A DNA stretch of 64,000 bases from Antedon mediterranea (lineage: Eukaryota > Animalia > Echinodermata): NCBI RefSeq assembly GCF_964355755.1, contig NC_092680.1:21709045-21773044 (forward strand), read 5' to 3'. Below are positions 12,801 through 29,724 of this stretch, one piece after another. A model generated the notes under the pieces. It saw only the letters and a program-made list of their open reading frames with translations, was not told the origin of the DNA and did no database searches. The stretch's first letter is position 1. Each line of letters starts with the position of its first letter. The position numbers and the translations under genes are program-made.

Positions 12801-15155
12801 AATAAGTTATTGACGGTTAAAACGAATTTAGGTTCCAAGATTTGCCCCAAATAGGGGTGTTTTCCGACCGTGGTATACACTGTATAATGGATGTCCGTCT
12901 TGAAAAATACCCGCCACAAAAATGCGAGGAGGCTTCGCATTTTCCTATCTCCTCCTACGATAATTGTTTTTAATGGCTGAAAACCGGTTGAACAGCTAGA
13001 GTACACCATCATAATGTTGAAGACAGGCCGATTTTCTTTAAAAAATACTATTTTGATACATTTAATATACGTTTTTACAAATGTATTGATTTGTGATGAA
13101 TGGAACATTCCAAATTATTTGGTTTAACCATACAGGTATAGATTTTTTTAGATTTATGGGCCCCCTTGGAGAATGAACATAAATAGTATTGCAATGCTGT
13201 ACAATACTGTTACGGTATTAACCACTTTTGATCGCAATTTGAATCGCAAATTTCTTACTGTGAGTGTTGGTACTGTTAGATGTAATATAAAAATATATAC
13301 AAATAAACTTTATTACTGTGAGTGTGGGTAGGCCCTACTGTTAGATTATAAACATATAATATACAAATAAACATTCCACATTATTTGGTTTAACCATAGA
13401 GGTATAGATTTAGATTTATGGGCCCCCTTGGAGAATAAACATAAATAGTATTGCAATGCTGTACAATACTGTTAAGGTATTAACCACTTTTGATCCCAAT
13501 TTTAATCGCAAATTTCTTACTGTGAGTGTTGGTACTGTTAGATGTAATATAAAAATATATACAAATAAACTTTATTACTGTGAGTGTGGGTAGGCCCTAC
13601 TGTTAGATTATAAACATATAATATACAAATAAATAAACGTTATTACTGACAGTTGCTTCTCAACGTTTGTATTAATTAATAATTTAAAAATATATAAACG
13701 TCGTAGTGGTGTATCGTTACATGTACTTTACTATTTCAATCGACTATGACAGTGAGAGTTTTAACAAAGTACCGTATTAAATCGTAAATGTTTTACTGTA
13801 TTTAGTGGTATATTATTTATAGGCCTATAAAACATTAAAAACAATATATCTTCTTCCCCCATCCCTCAACCCTTAATGTTACATACAAAACACAAATTGG
13901 GTTTGTTTAAATGAGTCCAAATAAAAAAATTTGACTCATTTTGTTTCTCTCTCGGAAGTAATTCCCAGGGTGCTAATTTTGGTTGACTACATAAATCATT
14001 GTGTATATTTATTCGTTTCTGTAAACGACAATGTATTATAGTCCTGCGGTACGTACATTTGAAATCTCCATTTTTTTCTCGCTGGAAATACTGTGTATTC
14101 GAGAACCATCTGTGGGCACGACCTAGATGGTACGCGAGCGAAGCGAGCGTGCCATCTAGTACTCCTAATTGTATAAATGACTACTATGATGGAACACAGA
14201 AGCAGAATACTCCTAATTGTATAAATGACTACTATGATGGAATACAGAAGCAGAATACTCCTAATTGTATAAATGACTACTATGATGGAACACAGAAGCA
14301 GAATACTCCTAATTGTATAAATGACTACTATGATAGAATACAGAAGCAGAATACTCCTAATTGTGTAAATGACTACTATGATGAAGCAGAATACTCCTAA
14401 TTGTCAGACGAAATAAGATTTAAACCTACTTTAACGAACATAAACTGGAAATCAGAACTGACTGATCTTAAAAAGAATTGTGTAAAATGTGTCTTAATAA
14501 TTATTTTCTATTTTTTCAGAGGACATTGACCCCTCTGTAGGTCGCTTTAGAAACCTAGTGCAAACATCGGTAGTTCCTGTAAAGGTTAGAATAATTGTGC
14601 TTATCACTTATACATCAAAACAAATTTGATAAAATTAACATCAAGAAAGCAAGCAACAAATGAACAACATCAGAACTTAAAAAAACAAATAATTATGTCT
14701 CCTAACATTAACAAAGGTGGAGTTAATATAATTAAAGATGTAATAGGTTAGTGTTCATCTTATGGGTTTTTTTTTAATGTAATTTTCAATTTATTTCCTT
14801 ATGTTTACAGAAACGCCGATCAGACAATTCAACGTTTTCAACAGAAAGTATAAATAAACGTTTACAAGGTTTTAATTACAATTCATTGTATTCTGACCTG
14901 CCACAAGAAGAGTCCAGTTCATCATCGGCCATTTCACCCACCTCCCCAAAATATGGCCTCATGAGCTCAACATTGAGTTTTATGCACACCCCGAATTTGG
15001 CACCGGACGTTAACCCAGCACCAAGTGTGGTACCACAAGTTAACCCGGTATCGGTACCAATAGTTGGACCAGTGGGACCAGCAGAACCAAAGAAAAAGTA
15101 CTTTCCAAAGGAGGCGTGGCCTGGAAAGAAGCCGACACCTTCTTTACTTATTTGA
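6865..15155 (+). CDS. PPP1R8: Nuclear inhibitor of protein phosphatase 1 (NIPP1), 7 exons
   Basis: Exons approx 6865-6899, 7264-7324, 7804-7957, 10099-10327, 10653-10801, 14520-14584, 14811-15155. FHA domain (YLFGRN..DHASCSRVHAALVYH..STRAYILRE), PP1-binding VVFSEDDEIINPEDIDPSVGRFRNLVQT, C-terminus KEAWPGKKPTPSLLI. Confidence 0.96.
8169..10021. repeat. Intronic satellite, 65/67-bp unit, about 28 copies
   Basis: taatactgtatacagaatacaattggaacatccatcaataacagtatatgttgtgattaacatat(ta) tandemly repeated with very little divergence. Confidence 0.98.
10335..10561. repeat. 45-bp minisatellite, 5 copies
   Basis: gtcttaagctctgtacattattattattctagcaccagaaccatg x5. Confidence 0.95.
11181..12445. mobile_element. 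Non-autonomous hAT-type DNA transposon
   Basis: 15-bp TIR cagtggcgtatccag / ctggatacgccactg; 8-bp TSD acagaagc (11173-11180 and 12446-12453); G/C-run subterminal repeats; no transposase ORF. Confidence 0.92.
12650..14159 (+). mobile_element. Non-autonomous Helitron
   Basis: Inserted between A and T of the host repeat (gaagcagaa|tactcc) with no TSD; 5' TCTATATATA; 3' GC-rich hairpin gatggtacgc..gcgtgccatc followed by CTAG; internal ~265-bp direct repeat (approx 13113-13640). Confidence 0.9.
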
Positions 15156-15730
15156 TCTACTGCAGTTAAAAGAGGCATGGCCTGGAAAGAAGCTGACACC
15201 TTCTTTGCTTATTTGATCTGCAGTTAAAGAAGGCATGGCCTAGAAAGAAGCCGACACCTTCTTTGCTTATTTGATCTGCAGTTAAAGGAGGCATATTTGA
15301 TCTGCAGTTAAAGGAGGCGTGGCCTGGAAAGAAGCCAATACCTACTTTGATTATTTGATCTGCAGTTTAAGAAGGCGTGGCCTGGAAAGAAGCCAACACC
15401 TTTGCTTATTTGATCTGCAGTTAAAGAAGGCGTGGCCTCGAAAGAAGCCAACACCTTTGCTTATTTGATCTGCAGTTAAAGGAGGTGTGGCCTTAAAAGA
15501 AGCTGACACCTTCTTTGCTTATTTGATCTGCTGTTAAAGGAGACGTAGCCTGAAAAGAAGCCAACACTATTTTTACTTATTTGATCTACAGTTAAAGGAG
15601 GCATATTTGATCTGCAGTTAAAGGAGACGTGGCCTGGAAAGAAGCTGACACCTTCTTTACTTCTTGATCTGCTGTTAAAAGAGGTGTGGCCTGGAAAGAA
15701 GCCAACACCTTTTTTACTTATTTGATCTGC
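15108..15730 (+). repeat. ~58-bp tandem repeat derived from the last codons and stop of PPP1R8, about 12 copies (2 truncated)
   Basis: aaggaggcgtggcctggaaagaagccgacaccttctttacttatttgatctgcagtta repeated; the first copy is the real CDS end. Confidence 0.95.
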
Positions 15731-16416
15731 ATTTTGTGAACCATTTGTTTCAAATGTAAATATTGTATATGTTTACAATTCAATTACCCTACGAATACAT
15801 TGACCAAATTGACGTCTTGAAAAAACAAACTTGTTTTCTGGAAACTAGCATACTACAATTTCATGTAGAATTTCTATTTTGGAATAAATTAGCTAGGAGG
15901 TGGTACCTTGAATTTAAAAAATCACATTTATTCGTAAGGTTTTCTACAAGTCGAATGTTTTTTAATTCTATTCTTTAAATTTAGTTAATTTTTTTTCTAA
16001 TTTTTAAACCATAACATAAACTGTTCATGTTTATAATGATTAATTTATATGCCGCCCTCTATTGGCAATATATTCGCCGTACTTTAAAGTGTTCATTACT
16101 GTTAAAGCAGACCTACTAATGTATAGGTCCAGTACTTTAAAGTGTTTAATACTGTTAAAGCATAGACCTATCTAATTTATAGGTCCAGTACTTTAAAGTG
16201 TTTAATACTGTCAAAGCATAGACCTCCTAATTTATAAGTCTATGATTAAATGTATTGTAATTTGCAATTGATTAAAATTAATTATAAATTTGTGTATACA
16301 TATTTATTTTAACAAAAGTCGTTTCTGTATACCCACAATAAAAAACCCAAATAATTTAACAAACACTGTTTTTTTTCTCTCTTAGTATTAGTATGGACAC
16401 TGTCTTTAATCATTTA

Positions 16417-16520
16417 AGCTCTGTCCACACTATCAAACTTTATGTGACAAAAAAGTGCATATTTTATCATATCACTAAAATATTTGGGCACATCACACTT
16501 TTTGATAGTGTAGACAGAGC
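16417..16520. mobile_element. MITE family A (internally deleted)
   Basis: agctctgtccacactatcaaact...tttgatagtgtagacagagc. Confidence 0.8.
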
Positions 16521-17099
16521 AGCTTTAGACACGAGGGATGTTCATGTTGAAATATAACTTGGTACAAAGTACGGAAGCTCCAACTTTCTTGTAGTGATGT
16601 TTATTGTCAAAATGATCAAAAATACAGGACGATTTGTAAAAGGTTACGTAAATATAATTGATCCGTTAAAGTGTTTAATGACTTCCATAACGGCAACCCG
16701 TGTTTACGTTTTCATAATCGTCATTTACACAACATGTATAAAACGACTAAAAGAAAAACGTTAAACGACTTTGTGATTACTTCAATGACAATGTTTGTTG
16801 AATCTGGTACGGTACTTTTATCGTAATAAAAACACTTCAATCATCATAATTACTGTATAAGTTTATCCGGTTGTTTGAGGGCGGGAAGTTTTCTTACAGG
16901 AAAGTCTTATAAATTCACAAGTTCCCTTCCTTGGCAGTATTCTGCAACACACCACTAAACGTAAAAGCTGTAGTATTTGTGAATATTGTTCGAGCCTACA
17001 CGGGGCTTCTCACATCTTCAAAGTTAACAGCTCTATACGACGACGGGGCTAATCACACAATCGGTGGTACTGTTCAAAGTCACAGAATCCAGAGAGAAG

Positions 17100-19253
17100 A
17101 TGACAGTAACATTGTTTTTTCTACTATTTGCGGTAAACATAGCTTGGGGTTGTAATCCGTCTTCCACCCAGACGACAACAGCATCACCAACAGAAGCAGT
17201 TGTTGCATCTGATGTGTCTACTGTTATTCAGGGTAAGTTAGGTGCAAGTTATTATTTATACAATTTACAATAATTGCGAGATTACATTGAGAAAACGTTC
17301 ATTCTAAAAAGCACGAACTTACTATACTAAGCTAGCTCAGTTAAACTTACTATCGTGCTACTCATTTAAAAAAAATTATAATTTACATTATTTAAAAAAA
17401 GATAACATTCACACATCAGCGGAAACGAAACATAACATTTTTGCAAATAATTTCGCCATCATTTTAATGATCAAAAAAGAACAAAAAAATACGAAATGTA
17501 AAAATATACAGTTTCTTGAAATGTCCTCCTTTCTTGCTCTTGGAAAATGGTATTGTTTATATACATTTCTTGTAAAGCTTGGTTCCCACTATGGAACGTA
17601 ACGCAAGGACGTAAACGCAACGCAAGAGTTTTAACCAATGACAAGCGAAGTTATAGACAGTTAGAAATCAAAAGCGAAAAAGCCATCGCTTGTGATTGGT
17701 CAATTCACTTGCGTTGCGTTACGTCCTTGCGTTGCGTCGCTAGTGGGAACCACGCTTAAGAAACGTCTGAACCCGCTTAGCAGGAATTTAGATATTAAAT
17801 TCATAAAAGGAAAAAGTAAAACAATAATCTAATAATGTTTTTTTCCTTCTTTATTTCCATTCACAAAATCATAAACATACTAAATAATGTTCTTAATAAT
17901 TTCCTAAGAAGGTTTTTTTTTCTTTTGTGGTCCTAACTCGGCTTGATGCCACGATCCTAATACAGTGATTACTAAAGTTGTTATAAATACATTTAAAAAA
18001 GTAGTTTTCTAACTTGACGTTTGACGGAACAGTTCAATTATCGCCTTCTTTGTTTTCGATAACTAGATTAATATCCAAGGGTAGTGAACTTATATAAACA
18101 AAAACAAATTAATTATCAATTGAAATCTCAAACTTACACAATATGTAGAGAAGTGCAATGGAATGGATATGATGCTAGGATACGATTGGATAATTCGATA
18201 AGGCCTTTTTTTAATATCCATGTGATTTGATTATTGACGGACATTAATAACATTATTGAGGAGGATGGCTGGGTAACTGCAGTTACACTCTATAGCTTAA
18301 CGATAACAATCTTCATTCTATGAACTATTTTACTTAAGCTTAGTTCCCACTATCTAGGTCGCAACGCAAGGACGTAAACGCAACGCCAGTGTGTTGTTGA
18401 ACAGACAAGCGGCAGTTCGAATAATCCATCGCTTGTGATTAGTCAACTCACTTTCGTTGCGTTACGTCCTTATGTTCAGTATCTAGTAGGAGAACCAATA
18501 TTTTAACTTGAATTGCAATTTTTAATCTGCTTTTCCTGTTTAACGTCTGTGTCTGTATTGAAAGTTATTATACCAATGAGAACATATCTCAACCTATCTT
18601 TCAGTGACTTATTATCTTTTCTGTCTGTCTGTCTGTCTGTCAAAGAATAAGAGAATGTCAGATGGTGATATAGTTTACGTGTGCCATTGCGTTACATTTC
18701 TCTATTGGACACCTAGCTAGGCCTATAAGTGACTATAGCATGATTCGTTTTAATGTTTATTTTATTAATCCATTCTTTTAAAAAATGTATTTTAATTTTA
18801 ATAATCGTTTACGGTATCATTTCAGAAGACCGAGTTAGTTTCTCAGTTGGAGAAGTGGAGTTCATAGACTTGATGTGCGGTATTCCATGGAACAAACGAC
18901 TCCGACGATCTCTTCCAAACCCAAACGAAGACCCCACCAAACGGGGACCTCCCCCAAACCCAATCGATGAGTTACGGCTCACTCACAGCATGCTTACTTT
19001 TCGAGGTAAAGTGTTTGAATGGGGAGTGCTGCCGCTTTCGCCCATATCCCGAAACTTTGGTTGGATGAACAGGAAGAGTGAGAGCAAGTGTATCTCCTGG
19101 GACGTCGCTCCTCGTGGCACAAGCAGGTGCAGCCTGGAGGAAGCAACAGCATGGGCTGAAAACTACCACCTGGTGGAAGGATCCTACAACCTACTGCTCA
19201 ATAACTGTCATATGTTTGTTAAGAAGATGATACAGTTTTTAGAGAGTTGTTAA
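17100..19253 (+). CDS. Secreted permuted papain-like (PPPDE/DeSI/LRAT-type NlpC/P60) peptidase, 2 exons, ~186 aa
   Basis: Exon1 17100-17232 (MTVTLFFLLFAVNIAWGC signal peptide plus Thr/Ser stalk; donor g|gtaagt) joins in phase 1 to exon2 18826-19253 (ttcag|aagac); motifs THSMLTFRGKVFEWG and YNLLLNNCHMF; AATAAA at ~19352. Confidence 0.78.
17576..17756. mobile_element. MITE family B
   Basis: agcttggttcccacta...tagtgggaaccacgct with TAA TSD. Confidence 0.88.
18336..18500. mobile_element. MITE family B, degenerate
   Basis: agcttagttcccacta..cgcaacgcaaggacgtaaacgcaacg..ctagtaggagaaccaa. Confidence 0.75.
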
Positions 19254-19976
19254 GAAATTATATAAGAGCGGAGAGGAATACATCAATGCCTCTCACCACC
19301 TGTGGACGTTATCTATAGTATTAGTTATCGATGTTATATAAACAATAATTCAATAAATTGATGTTTAAATAAATGCTTGCGGTTTGGAAATTTTGTATTT
19401 TATTATTTTTGTGTCAATCACTTGGCTATCTATGCATACAATATGATATGTTTCATATTAAACGAAGATCAAGAAGAAGCATACATGACCTGGTCACAGG
19501 AACAACATTGACATAATGAGGGTGTGGTCCTGGTTAGCATTGAAGCAAACATTATAAATTACTAACAATGAATCATAAGGTCTCTTGCACTCGTCGAGTT
19601 ACGTTGCGTCTAGTGACGTCGTTGCGTAATTACGTCTGGGGGAAGCTTAAAATTATTTGCGTTGTGCAAGCTGTTGTTCCCACTTTAGGACGTGATGTAA
19701 TTAGTCACGTAAGCACAACGCAAATAACAACCACAACGCGCGCGATATATCCCGCTAAATATTAAAGTGTTATCATTATATCACTGAGATTCAACAATAC
19801 CCCATGAACGCAATGGAATAGTCCAGTCGGACCCATTCACAGCAGAACCGTTGTTGGATATTGAACCTGACTAATAGATCCGGAGGCACGTATAGCAACC
19901 AAAAAGCGTCACAAAATGGCGTAAGGTGCTAGTTTTGTGTGTTCTCGTCCGTGAAAAGTGAAGCAAATTCTGCAAA

Positions 19977-25072
<5,096 letters not shown>

Positions 25073-26010
25073 CAAAATAACTGAGCAGCGGCGAGTAGTC
25101 ATTTCAAAATATTACCGCTATAACAAATACTTTCAAAAAACTCAAAACCAAACTTTCCTGTGTTTTGAGACAGCAAATGTTTTGTGAGTTTCCGGTTTTA
25201 AGTCAACTGTACTAGCCTACAAGTACAGTACACAGGGGCAGGGCGGATTCAAGGGGGCGTGCCAAGTCGGCACGTCCATAGAATGTGTGTGATGAATGTG
25301 ACTTTTGTATTTTTAACTATTTTTAAAGTTAAACAATGTAATTTTCTTTTGATAATGTTATACTGATACTGAAGTACTCTACATAATATTTGAAAAATGT
25401 GTGTATAAATTAATCCGTCCATTTAATATGTGATATTACTCCTGTTTATTAGAGTACACAGTGTTTATATTTCTTCATTGGTGTTGTCATGTTCAAGTGG
25501 AATCGTCAACATTCATGGTACGTTAGTCATAACAAATATTTACTACGAGTCTCTAATAATGCTGTTATGTTAGCGCCAACATTGGGCACTTTCATTTTTT
25601 ACAAAACTTCATCTCAAACACAGTTACGACACGCAATGTATGCACAAATTCTTTTTACAAATATTAAGCTATTGTCCTTAGCCAAAGTATTTTAATTATT
25701 TGTCTATAAGTGATGTATAAGCCACATCCGAGAGTTGATTGTGAGTGGAAAAAAAACACAAACACCTTCAAAATATATAATTTTTATTATCAGTCTAGAG
25801 TAACATTAAAATTAGCGATAATTTTACATGAAATATCAAATTAAAATATGTCTATTGTATAATAACTAAGTGAAAACCGTAAAAAATGTTATTTCAAAAT
25901 TAAATATCTGTTCACTACATTTATAAATTCAATTATTATTCAATATATGGAGTCAATATACATTAATATAATGATAATAATAATAATATATAGTAGGTTC
26001 CTGTTTTTTT

Positions 26011-28538
26011 TTACCTAGTCTGTGTGACAAGGTGGAGGATGCCATAACAATTTGAATCTTGGGAAAAATCATAAGCCTTCAAGAAGTTGTCTGGCATCAT
26101 ATATCGAGATACCAACTCTACTTTGTACTGGTCACCTACAAAAATAAAATATATTATTAAGATAACACATTAAATAACTAAATGAAACTAATTTGAAAAG
26201 GAAAATGTATATACATTAACATGGGTGTAGCTAATAACATGGGTGGGTTGTGTTAAAAAGTTGAGGGTGGGTGAGAACAATGACATTTGAGTGGGTGGTG
26301 CGAAGGGATTGAAGACAATTAGGCTGGGTGAAAGTTCTTACAATAGCATGTAGTGGGCGGGGTAGACAACATTGAAGGTGGCTGCCTAACACAATTGCAT
26401 TCCAAACTCACCAAAGATTATTCGAAGATCTTCTGTACTGAACATGTAAGGCCCTTAAACAACATCAAATAAATATGAATAAATTTAACGCATAGATTAC
26501 TGTGATGTCACTACTGCAGTATTTATATTTCAAATCTAAAGACGGAGCTTACTTTGTAATTAGGTCTTTGTTAATCAAAAACTAATGAAAGACTTTAGGA
26601 AGAATAAGACAATATTAAAATGCTGATTACTTACCAAATTCTACTTTACTTTTGTCATATGAGAAAGAGTGAATAAAATATTTGCATTCGTTGGCCATTA
26701 TTGACGTCATAATCTTAGTATAGCTATAAATAAAGAAGATAAAAATCACATATAAACTGAAGACAATAATTATGAATAATAATGATTGCTATGTGTATAT
26801 TACCTTGATCTGTCCTTGTGGTTAATGGCCTCTAGAGACCCACTGTCCCAAATGCAGTCAAACTTTCCTACAACATCCCTGCAAGTAAACCAACCATCTA
26901 CTAATTTTAAGTACTGTATTTTAAACAGGGTGAAGTTGTACTCGTTTATGAATGCTGAATCGACAGCTAATATTTGATGCCAATACAAATGATTTTTGAG
27001 TGATTAATGTGACTCATTTTGTATTTTAAATATTTGTTTTCCTTTTCTTTTTATGATGTTATGTTATACTGATTATACTAAAGCACTGTACATCATACTT
27101 ACACATTGAATGTGTACAAGTCACACTGGTATATGTTATGTTGTACTGATTATACTAAAGCACTGTATATAATACTTACACATTGAATGTGTACAAGTCA
27201 CACTGGTATATCTCAATACTCCCATCAGTAGCCTAGAAATAAATATGATTTGATAAAACACTCAAAAGATTCTTGCTTGGTGATAAAAGGATGCTTTATT
27301 CCTGGGTCATAACTCTGTTGGAATTGTTTATTTCTTAGGCCAAAAAAGGTGTTCTTTACCTTATATATTTGTGCATTTTCAATGTTCTTAACTGGTTCTT
27401 GAATAAACTCAATATTGTTTGTTTTGAAGAATTTCTTTATAGCCACTTCTGAGCATTCCAAGCCTGTCACTTTGTGTCCTCTATCAGCTAACCTATGGTG
27501 GAGTTCGTTGCAAACTATCATTCATTTATTTTTGTATTTTTTTTAATGATTGAACAGTGGTACCTATACAAGGACCCTGTCCTTAAAAACTAAGGACAAC
27601 TAATGTTACATTAAGTAAGACTAAGGACAACTAATGTTACATTAAGTAAGACTAAGGACAACTAATGTTACATTAAGTAAGACTAAGGACAACTAATGTT
27701 ACATTAAGTAAGACTAAGGACAACTAATGTTACATTAAGTAAGACTAAGGACAACTAATGTTACATTAAGTAAACTAAAATCAGTCAAAAAAAAAACAGA
27801 GTACATAACTCTTAAAAAATGTAAAAGTTTTAGGAGAATGTTTGTTACATTGCTTATAATTTATATTTCAATAAAATACATGGAATATATAAATTTTTAA
27901 AAACCTGTCACATCATCTTACCATTTCATATCCACCGAGGTTCCACAAAGAGGTACAAATATTTTGCAGTTAGATTTTTCTGCTGTCAAAGTATCAATGT
28001 TTGCAACCAGTGCTCTGCCAACAAATTATATGAAGAGTATTGTTATTTTACAATATAAAAGCAAGGAAATTAAGGTCAATTAAACAAGATTGTTGAGTGT
28101 ATATACAGTATACATATTCTCTTTATTTCCAAAAAATACTGACCAATGTTACATCTCGTAGCCTAATGGCCAAATTGCATGTAAAGAACAAATAAAAAAT
28201 ATTGCATAAAAATGTGTAAGAATTAAGACAACATCAAAAATATAAAATTCTTTTGAAAAGATAAAAAATAAAAGAAACAGGCAAAAAACACATCAAAAAG
28301 TTTTAAAAAGGCAAGAGCAGTCACAAGTCAGTAGGAAGTGTTTTTAGTGAGAGGTTGGCTGTTATAAATATCTTTAAATAATTTGGGTAAACCCTGCAGG
28401 CATTTCTGTTCTCTTAATAAATTTTTAAGTTTCATACGGATGAGGTTCAGATATAAATGTACTATCATGTCCAGAATTCCATGAATTTGTCCAGTCTTCT
28501 GTTGTCATTACATACTCCTCATCCTCAGCAGTTGCCAT
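26011..28538 (-). CDS. TPMT: Thiopurine S-methyltransferase-like protein, 8 coding exons
   Basis: Exons give MATAEDEEYVMTTEDWTNSW..HP / ..KIFVPLCGTSVDMKW / LADRGHKVTGLECSEVAIKKFF / ..IEIYQCDLYTF / VGKFDCIWDSGSLEAINHKDRSR / Y..SYDKSK / GPYMFSTEDL / ..LHLVTQTR*. Confidence 0.88.
27590..27777. repeat. ~29-bp minisatellite, 6 copies
   Basis: actaaggacaactaatgttacattaagtaag tandem. Confidence 0.93.
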
Positions 28539-29039
28539 CTTATTTTATTCTGAAAAAAAAGGAAGAATTACTTTTTAAGTAATTTCTTTCTAATGAATAA
28601 AAAGTTACAAAAATTCTATTGCTCTTTAATTTATAGTAAATGTAAAGTGAAAAAAAGATGAAAGATCATTGATTGCACTGCCTAAACTTAAGTACTGTAC
28701 CTAGTGTAGTACAGAGGAGACAGGGATGCCTGAGGCAGTTACTTACTTTACTATACTAGTAGGCCTACTATTAATGCTAGCCTAGCTAGCTATAGGATAA
28801 AGACACTTAATATCTAGGGAGGGGCTAGTTTAGGACTAGATAGGATAGGAGACTAACTAGGCTAGCGCCTAGCCCTAGCCTTGCAGTCTGCTTTTATTTG
28901 ATGTATTCAGCCACTTCCAGCCCAGGCAGAGTGTCTTGTCAATATATTTATAAATACAAACCTATTTTCCTATGAGTAGGCCTAGAATGCTATGGTGAGT
29001 TTTATTGCAGAAAATCTAAAAAAAAAAAAGCTGGAACTC

Positions 29040-29262
29040 ACAACAACAATAATTCTAAATTTCCCAGGGACCAAAAAGTAAACAATGGCAGTAACATTGA
29101 GGGCGTTTTTTCAACAAAATTGAATCGAGCGCGAGGAGTCGTCACGCTTCGGTAGTTTTAACCACCGCGTGCCGGATGTTTGTAGCAAACGTGCATCATT
29201 TTGAATGTTCGTTCGAAGTTTTGTAGTCCAATTTTTATAAGCAAAGAAAAGGTTTGTTAAAA
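29040..29262. promoter_or_regulatory. Probable compact bidirectional promoter for TPMT and RCC1
   Basis: Minus-strand donor GTGAGT at ~29041 and plus-strand donor GTAAAT at ~29263 bracket a CpG-rich ~200-bp segment; both CDSs have splice acceptors just before their ATGs. Confidence 0.55.
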
Positions 29263-29724
29263 GGTAAATTATTTTTTTAATTTAACGAGATTTTATATAA
29301 AAATATTCAGTTGATCAAACGTTTTAGGTATAATAAACATAAAATAACTCCGACCGGAACCTAGGCTAGCTAGGCTAGGCCTAGACTAGCTAGCTAGTCC
29401 TCCTACCTAAAATAGCCTGGCCTACTACTACTAGGGCCTAGCCTAGGCCTAGCTAGGAGGTAGAGCTAGCCAGGCCTACTTACTACCTTTTTTAGGCTAG
29501 GCGCATAGACTCGCGAATAGTGTATGTTGCTGTACGTATAGCGGCTGACCCACATACCAGACAGGTGACATCCGCTAGCTAGGCAGCCAATGTTACATAC
29601 ATTAGGCCTACTAGGCTATACATATGGTTATGATTTTATTGTTATAAACTTGTTGATAAAATTATTGTAATGCTACTTAATTTTTTTTAGTAAAAAATAA
29701 AATAATTATAATAAATACAACAAA

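Larger units (their letters stand above)
11006..14403. repeat. 48-bp minisatellite split into three blocks (11006-11180, 12446-12649, 14160-14403) by two TE insertions
   Basis: aatgactactatgatggaa(c/t)acagaagcagaatactcctaattgtata; the repeat phase continues across both insertions. Confidence 0.95.

Noticed and set aside
12785-13108. ORF inside the Helitron as a possible Rep/helicase or captured gene
   Set aside because: No HUH or helicase motifs recognisable
13999-14400. 133-aa ORF with NTPNCINDYYDGTQKQ repeats (and 10955-11266 on the minus strand)
   Set aside because: Chance open frame through a Helitron end and a 48-bp minisatellite; no splice support
14876-15199. Antisense ORFs over exons (also 18972, 21636, 32884, 59007, 63170)
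   Set aside because: Shadows of real coding exons with no independent similarity
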